64,000 bases of DNA from Octopus vulgaris. Its lineage: Eukaryota. Shown here piece by piece: positions 56,936-64,000 of the stretch. Position numbers and translations under genes: made by a program. Position 1 is the first letter of the stretch. Each line of letters starts with the position of its first letter. A model generated the notes under the pieces. It was not told the DNA's origin, ran no database searches, and saw only the letters and a program-made list of their open reading frames with translations. The stretch is taken from NCBI GenBank assembly GCA_951406725.2, contig OX597823.1, forward strand, positions 109,430,001 through 109,494,000. The letters are read 5' to 3'.

Positions 56936-57113
56936 ATATACATACATACAAACATGCATGCATACATACATACATATATATATATTTATATATATATATA
57001 TACATATGTATGTATACCGGAAACCGGTACTAAAAGGTACTTCAAGATAAAATTATTTTAGCATTTTCTACCTTCTTATTTTCCTTATACATATCAACGC
57101 ACACACATATGTA

Positions 57114-57189
<76 letters not shown>

Positions 57190-57447
57190 TGTATTTATAT
57201 ATATATTTATGTATGTATGTATGTATGTATCTATCTATCTATCTATCTACCTATCTATCTAATTCTCTACCTGTCCATCGGAGGAATTTACGGAGTGACT
57301 AACAACAAAATGTGGATGCAGACGTAGGTACGTGGTTAGCCATTAACTGAAATTAACTTAGAGCTAATACGGTATCCGCCCGAATAATATATCCCTCCAA
57401 ACTCACTTATTAACACACACACACACATACATATATATATACACACA

Positions 57448-57687
57448 CAGTTATCATCGACTATCGCGGGTGTTACCTTCCAAAATCGCCCACGATATGT
57501 GAAAATCCGCGAAGTAGAAATATTAAAGTATTGTATATATTTTAAAATGATTTTTGTAATTTGTATATATTTATTTTATTATAAATGCAAAACAACAACA
57601 TAGAGGAATCAACCTAATAAAGCGCGATAGGAGAACCGCGATAGGTGAACCGCGATAGGTGAACCGCGATATGGCGAGGGATCACTC
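57448..57687. mobile_element. Tigger/pogo-like MITE, diverged
   Basis: CAGTTATCATCGACTATCGCGG..CCGCGATATGGCGAGGGATCACTC-TA; subterminal GAACCGCGATAGGT repeats. Confidence 0.7.
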
Positions 57688-57706
57688 TATATATATGTAT
57701 ATATTA

Positions 57707-58086
57707 TTTTACTTGTTTCAGTCATTTGACACGGCGGCTATGCTGGAGCCCCGTCTTAAAGGATTTTAGTGGAAGAAATCGACCCCAGGACTTGTTCTTT
57801 GTAAGCCTAGTACTTGTTCTATTGACCTTGGATTTTTTGTCGAACCGCTAATATTCGGGGACATAAGGCCACCAGCATCGGTTGTCAAGTGATGTCGTGG
57901 GGGATAAATACATTAATATATGTGCATACACAAACACATATACGACGGGCTTCTTTCAGTTTCCGTCTACCAAATCCACTCACTATCCTTTACTTGGCCC
58001 GAGGCTATAGTAGAAAACACTTGGCAAAGGTGCCACGCAGTGGGACTGAACCCGGAGCCATGTGGTGGAAAAGCAAGCTTCTTACC
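57707..58086 (-). mobile_element. SINE family A, diverged
   Basis: Reverse complement of the family A consensus. Confidence 0.85.
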
Positions 58087-58149
58087 TCTCAAGAAACCTA
58101 AATAGATAGATAGATACATAAAGACACTCACACACACATATATATATAC

Positions 58150-58205
<56 letters not shown>

Positions 58206-58295
58206 GCATATATATATATATATATACATACATACATACATACATACATACATACATACATACATACATACATACATACATACATACGTACATAC

Positions 58296-58330
<35 letters not shown>

Positions 58331-58392
58331 CATACATACATACATACATACATACCTACATACATACATACATAAACACACTCTTACGCACA

Positions 58393-58434
<42 letters not shown>

Positions 58435-58931
58435 CACATAAAGTATTGCGTATCTTGATAGTATATCTTTTAGGTAAAGAAACTAAATACGTGAGTGATA
58501 GATATTGCGACAAGCGATTTACGATAGATCTTTAGGTAAATAACCGGCCGCACGCACGCACGCACGCACCTACCAACAGACACACATACACACGCACACA
58601 CATATAACTGCGTGTGCACGTTGATGCAAGCATATGCAGACATGCAAGTAGAAATGCACAAGCGCACACACACACACACACACACACACATCCACGAACA
58701 CACAGCAGTTCCATTCGAGGTCATGATGTTGCCGCGTGTTATGCTACTAATGTTTACTTAAGGTCTACCAAAGGTCAGAGGTCAGCAACGTGCTTGCTTC
58801 TACAAGGTCACATGGTATGGATTCGTGCACTGCCAAATCAGCTGTGCACACACAACAATAGCAAGATGCACATTCAAACGCGCCCACACACTCTTTCTTT
58901 CTCTCTCTCTTTCTCTCCTTCACTCTCTCTT

Positions 58932-58969
<38 letters not shown>

Positions 58970-59059
58970 TGACACATGTACACATATAAATAAACAGTTC
59001 ACATATATTTACACAACAATACGCAATGAACAGAGTTGAAAGAAATTCAGAAGCACACT

Positions 59060-59445
59060 GTACACACACACACACACACTCACATACACACTCACATACA
59101 CACACACTCACTCACACTCACATTCTCACATACACACACACACTCACATACACACACACACTCACATACACACACGCACACTCACATACACACACGCACA
59201 CACACACAGACACTCACTCACTCATACGCACACACACACACACTCACATACACACACACTCACTCACATACACACACACTCACATACACACACACTCACA
59301 TACACACACACTCACTCACATACACACACACTCACTCACTCACATGCACACACACACTCACTCACACACACTCACTCACATACGCACTCACATACACACA
59401 CACACTCACATACGCACACACTCCCTCACATACACGCACACACAT
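59060..59445. repeat. Degenerate (CA)n/CTCACATACACA low-complexity array
   Basis: Direct reading. Confidence 0.9.
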
Positions 59446-59931
59446 ACGTAATCAAACTCACACGCAGACACACTACCGCTCTCTCTCCTACTTTCACTTT
59501 CACTCTTTCTGTCTCTCTCTGTCTCTCTCTGTCTCTCTCCCCCACGCATGCATGCATGTGTGTGTGTGTATGTGTATGTGTGTGTGTGTGTATGTGTATG
59601 TGGATATTCAAACATACATACCAATATGAAAACTTTTATTCACTGAACGGAAAGAAGCAAGGCACGCAAATGCATAAACCCACGAAAACCTTGCGAACAC
59701 AGAACAGACATCCAAATACTTTATCACAAATACGCTTTTACGTACACACCGACAAGCATATATAATTACACTCCAAAACCATCAGGCCCACATATATACA
59801 CACAAACGAAGTGACACTAATAAGCACACGCACACACACACACACACACAGTCACACATACACACACACACACAAATGTACCCCTACATCAATGCAAGAC
59901 ATACGCACATAAGTATACTTAAATGTTATAT

Positions 59932-60161
59932 ATTTCTTTATTACCCACAAGGGGCTAAACACAGAGGGAATAAACAAGGACAGACAAACGGATTAAGTCG
60001 ATTATATCGACCCCAGTGCGTAACTGGTACTTAATATATCGACCCCGAAAGGATGAAAGGCAAAGTCGACCTCAGCGGAATTTGAACTCAGAATGTAATG
60101 GTAGACGAAATACTGCTACGCATTTCGCCCGGCGTGCTAACGGTTCTGCCAGCTCGCCGCC
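59932..60161 (-). mobile_element. SINE family B, full length
   Basis: Reverse complement of the consensus. Confidence 0.92.
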
Positions 60162-60212
60162 TTGTATATTTATAATGTTATAGTGACACAGCAAACAGTT
60201 GAGCTGCAATGT

Positions 60213-60348
60213 ACGTTCTGAGTTCAAATTCCGCTGAGGTCGACTTTGCCTTTCATAAATTAAGTACCAGTTGTGTACTGGCGTCGATTTAATCGACTGG
60301 TCCCCTCCCCCCAAAATTTCGAGCCTGGTGCCTAGAGTAGAAAAGAAT
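60213..60348 (+). mobile_element. SINE family B fragment (alternative tail)
   Basis: ACGTTCTGAGTTCAAATTCCGCTGAGGTCGACTTTGCCTTTC..GCCTAGAGTAGAAAAG. Confidence 0.85.
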
Positions 60349-60503
60349 GTAGTAAATGAAGCGGGTACATGTGGGAATTGAAACCGTAGCATCACATTGT
60401 AAACGTCACAGCTCGGAACTACTGCTTGGGAGGCGGGGATGAGAGAGAAGCTGTACAGCAGCACAGTAATATCATTTCCCTTGCTTCTCTCAAATTCTCC
60501 CCC

Positions 60504-60547
<44 letters not shown>

Positions 60548-60553
60548 ATATCT

Positions 60554-60710
60554 AAATTATAATTTAGGGTGTCTAAGAGATGCCACCACGCTAGAAATAG
60601 CAGCCAAACATTGACTCTAAAAACCACATTGAATGTTAAATGGCTGCTATTTCCAGCGCGATACCCTAAATTATAATTATAATTTATAGATACCCTAAAT
60701 TATAATTTTA
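60554..60710. repeat. Small palindromic element with TGGCTGCTATTTC motif
   Basis: AATTATAATTTAGGGT/ACCCTAAATTATAATT and CGCTAGAAATAGCAGCCA/TGGCTGCTATTTCCAGCG. Confidence 0.75.
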
Positions 60711-60789
60711 ATAATAATTATTACCTTTGAAGGTTTTTATTCCCATGTGGCCAGATGATAAGATCGGTATTTAAATAACGATCTTATCC

Positions 60790-60809
60790 TTACTTTTATA
60801 AATATCTAC

Positions 60810-60874
<65 letters not shown>

Positions 60875-60896
60875 CATCCATCCATCCATCCATCCA

Positions 60897-60957
<61 letters not shown>

Positions 60958-60969
60958 GTCTGTCTATCC

Positions 60970-61045
<76 letters not shown>

Positions 61046-61096
61046 GTCTGTCTATCTACCGACTTGTCTATCTATCTATCTATCTATCTATCTATC
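60790..61096. repeat. (TATC)n microsatellite
   Basis: Direct reading. Confidence 0.95.
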
Positions 61097-61466
61097 ATTT
61101 ATTTGTTTTTTTTTCGCATTGTCGCAATCAATGCTTCCAGAGCACAAGCACACAGACATAAGGAAAGAAAAGAGCCCACAGTCACAAACACATGCACGTG
61201 CGCACACACACGTTCACACACAGCATGCAGAAATGCGCGTGCGCGAAACTCTGAGTAGCAATGCAGAAAAATAACCGGGTTTTTGCCTATAAATATTTCC
61301 TAAAACACCTTCCATACATATATCTCAATTTGTAAAAAGTGTAACGTACACACAAATAAGTATATATATGAATATGTGTGTGAGTGCGTGTTTGCATTAA
61401 ACATGCATATCTAGGCATGTGCATATGCGTTTATGAGTATTTAGTATCTTTGCTTGGATATATATA

Positions 61467-61512
<46 letters not shown>

Positions 61513-61545
61513 TATATTTACATACATACAAACTTATATACACAT

Positions 61546-61627
<82 letters not shown>

Positions 61628-61705
61628 GTGTGTGTATGTATATACAAACATATATATATTTATATATGTATGTGTGTGTGCTTGTATGTGTATGCGCTTG
61701 TGTAA

Positions 61706-61775
<70 letters not shown>

Positions 61776-62307
61776 CATATGTGTGTATGTATGTGAAGTC
61801 ATTTATCAATATGCATGCATATGCTTGTAAGACATGTATATCCCACCTCAGTGCATACCTACAATAAACCAATGACACTCACATACATACAAATGCGCGC
61901 GTGTGGCTGTAAATATTTTACGCATACTCACATATAAATAAGTGCATATAAACCTACATGGGCGGTATATTGGCAGATTCGTGAGAGCGTCGCATGGCAT
62001 CCTAGCATTATACGTTTCGACCGTTAGTGCTTCGAGTTCAAATCCCGCAATAATTCAGCTCGGATCATTGACCCTAACTGGAGTATGATTTAGCCCCACC
62101 GCTTGATGCAATGGGTACTTTTAGTGGATTCCACAAGTTTACAAGTACTCTAGCTTGGTCTTCCTGTTTGGGGGTACAATCCTGACACCCCCGCCACAAA
62201 TCCCTGATGCTATGCAAAGGAACAAGGTCGATGGCGCTGAGTTACGTTCCCTTAATTGAAGTAAAACACGGACGCACCTACATACATCCACACACACACA
62301 CATATAT

Positions 62308-62470
62308 GCGTGGAGTGGCTGTGTGGTAAGTAGCTTGCTAACCAACCACATGGTTCGGGGTTCAGTCCCACTGCGTGGCATCTTGGGCAAGTGTCTTCTG
62401 CTATAGCCCCGGACCGACCAATGCCTTGTGAGTGGATTTGGTAGACGGAAACTGAAAGACGCCTGTCGTA

Positions 62471-62515
<45 letters not shown>

Positions 62516-62725
62516 TTGTGTTTGTCACCCTAGCATTGCTTGACAACCGATGCTGGTGTGTTTACGTCCCCGTAACGTAGCGGTTCGTCAAAAGGGACCG
62601 ATAGAATAAGTACTGGGCTTACAAAAAGGATAAGTCCCGAGGTCGAGTTGCTCGACTAAAGGCGGTGTTCCAGCATGGCCGCAGTCAAATGACTGAAACA
62701 AGTAAAAGAGTAAAAGAGTAAAAAG
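62308..62725 (+). mobile_element. SINE family A, full length
   Basis: Consensus-like; (AGTAAAAG)n tail. Confidence 0.92.
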
Positions 62726-63002
62726 TGTATATCTGTGTATATACATACGTTGATAATAGGCAATACACCTTGAAACCTAGGTCCGTGTGTGGTATCGGCT
62801 TCTTGGTGAGTGATCTCCTTTGCAAGATAGAGGACGCCGTGATGGCGTCAGGCCTATCTGGTGACGTTGATGTTCGCCTGGGGCTAAATGCAACAGTGAC
62901 ACCCCCACCACCCTGCCCTGTCCCTAGCCATATTCGGTTGGCTAATATCCCTTATATTACGGAGCAGTCACTGTCTATATCTCATTTAGAGAATTATTAT
63001 TG

Positions 63003-63039
<37 letters not shown>

Positions 63040-63060
63040 ACCAAAGTGTACGTACGCTGC

Positions 63061-63217
63061 TAGACGATACAAAAGAGGGACAGCAAAACATCCAAACAGA
63101 CGATACAAAAAAAAAAAAAACAACAACAAAGCAAGGACGGGTCATTCGAAGTTTTCTTCCTTCAGTCGAGTTCCAGATTATCTTTGCAATTTCGGCTGGT
63201 TATACTCGAGATTGCTC
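63061..63217 (-). mobile_element. Family P1 fragment
   Basis: Reverse homology to 1420-1545 and direct homology to 50540-50685. Confidence 0.7.
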
Positions 63218-63231
63218 TCGTTGTGGTATTC

Positions 63232-63322
<91 letters not shown>

Positions 63323-64000
63323 CAGACAGACATGCATGCACACACACACAAATACGACACGCTTCTTTCAGTTTTTGTGTGCCAAATCCAAACACATGGC
63401 TTTGGTCGGCCCGAGGCTATATTAGACCGTCGGCTGTTGTCCCACACCACTGGTCAGAATCTGCTTTCTAACATTATGTGGCTTTCTGTTGGTTAGGCGA
63501 GCAGACCAACATTCTTATTGTTCGGAAGGCTGGTCTGCCACATTTACAGCTGAGAGGAACGAAGCAACGTAAAAAGAAGTGTTTTGCTTAAGAACACAAT
63601 GCATCGCTCGGTCGGGGAATGGAACTCACAACCCAGCGATCGTGAATGCAACACAGTTACAACTGGGACACTCACCTTCATAGCGACACCCTCAAACACA
63701 TGCACATTTCCATGCATGTACACACACACACACACATCTTATTTGTCTTTCTCTCCTCCAGGTAGGAAACTGGACTTCCTTATTGAGTGAATCGCAGATT
63801 TAATCCAACCATTCCCAGTGGAAAGTCAGTCGAATAGTTCCGTCAGCATTTATTGTAAAAGCCACTTAACGGTATCTACCATTTTCGCAACTTCGATTTG
63901 GTAGGCAATGGCAAATCACAGAGGATTATCATTTAGCCTGTGAATTTGCCGAATGGAACCAATGCATATGTACCCCTATATTACGTGCGGCGTTTGCTTT

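Noticed and set aside
62780-62990. LANIPYITEQS resembling the PLE IPY motif
   Set aside because: Only a tripeptide match; cannot be supported without a search

Overview
AT-rich, microsatellite-saturated eukaryotic DNA with no recognisable host protein-coding exon. The repeat landscape suggests an octopus (coleoid cephalopod) intron or intergenic region; this is an inference. Nearly all supplied ORFs are artefacts of (TA)n, (TAA)n, (CA)n and (CTA)n repeats. The real content is four tRNA-like SINE families, a 5'-truncated CR1-clade LINE, R4/Dong-like RLE fragments in (TAA)n, two pogo/Tigger-like MITEs and a Penelope-type GIY-YIG relic. The main signal is a set of unrelated short non-coding elements inserted into (TA)n tracts, each carrying a minimal type I hammerhead ribozyme (HHR) fold: stem I-CUGANGA-stem II-GAAA-palindromic stem III-UH-stem I'. 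One (26239-27354) has two direct HHR copies exactly 562 nt apart, which is a retrozyme/circRNA-like architecture, plus an inverted third copy. Several of these elements are head-to-head palindromes, and one tRNA-headed SINE ends in the same HHR fold. All folds and alignments were done by eye, so boundaries are approximate.
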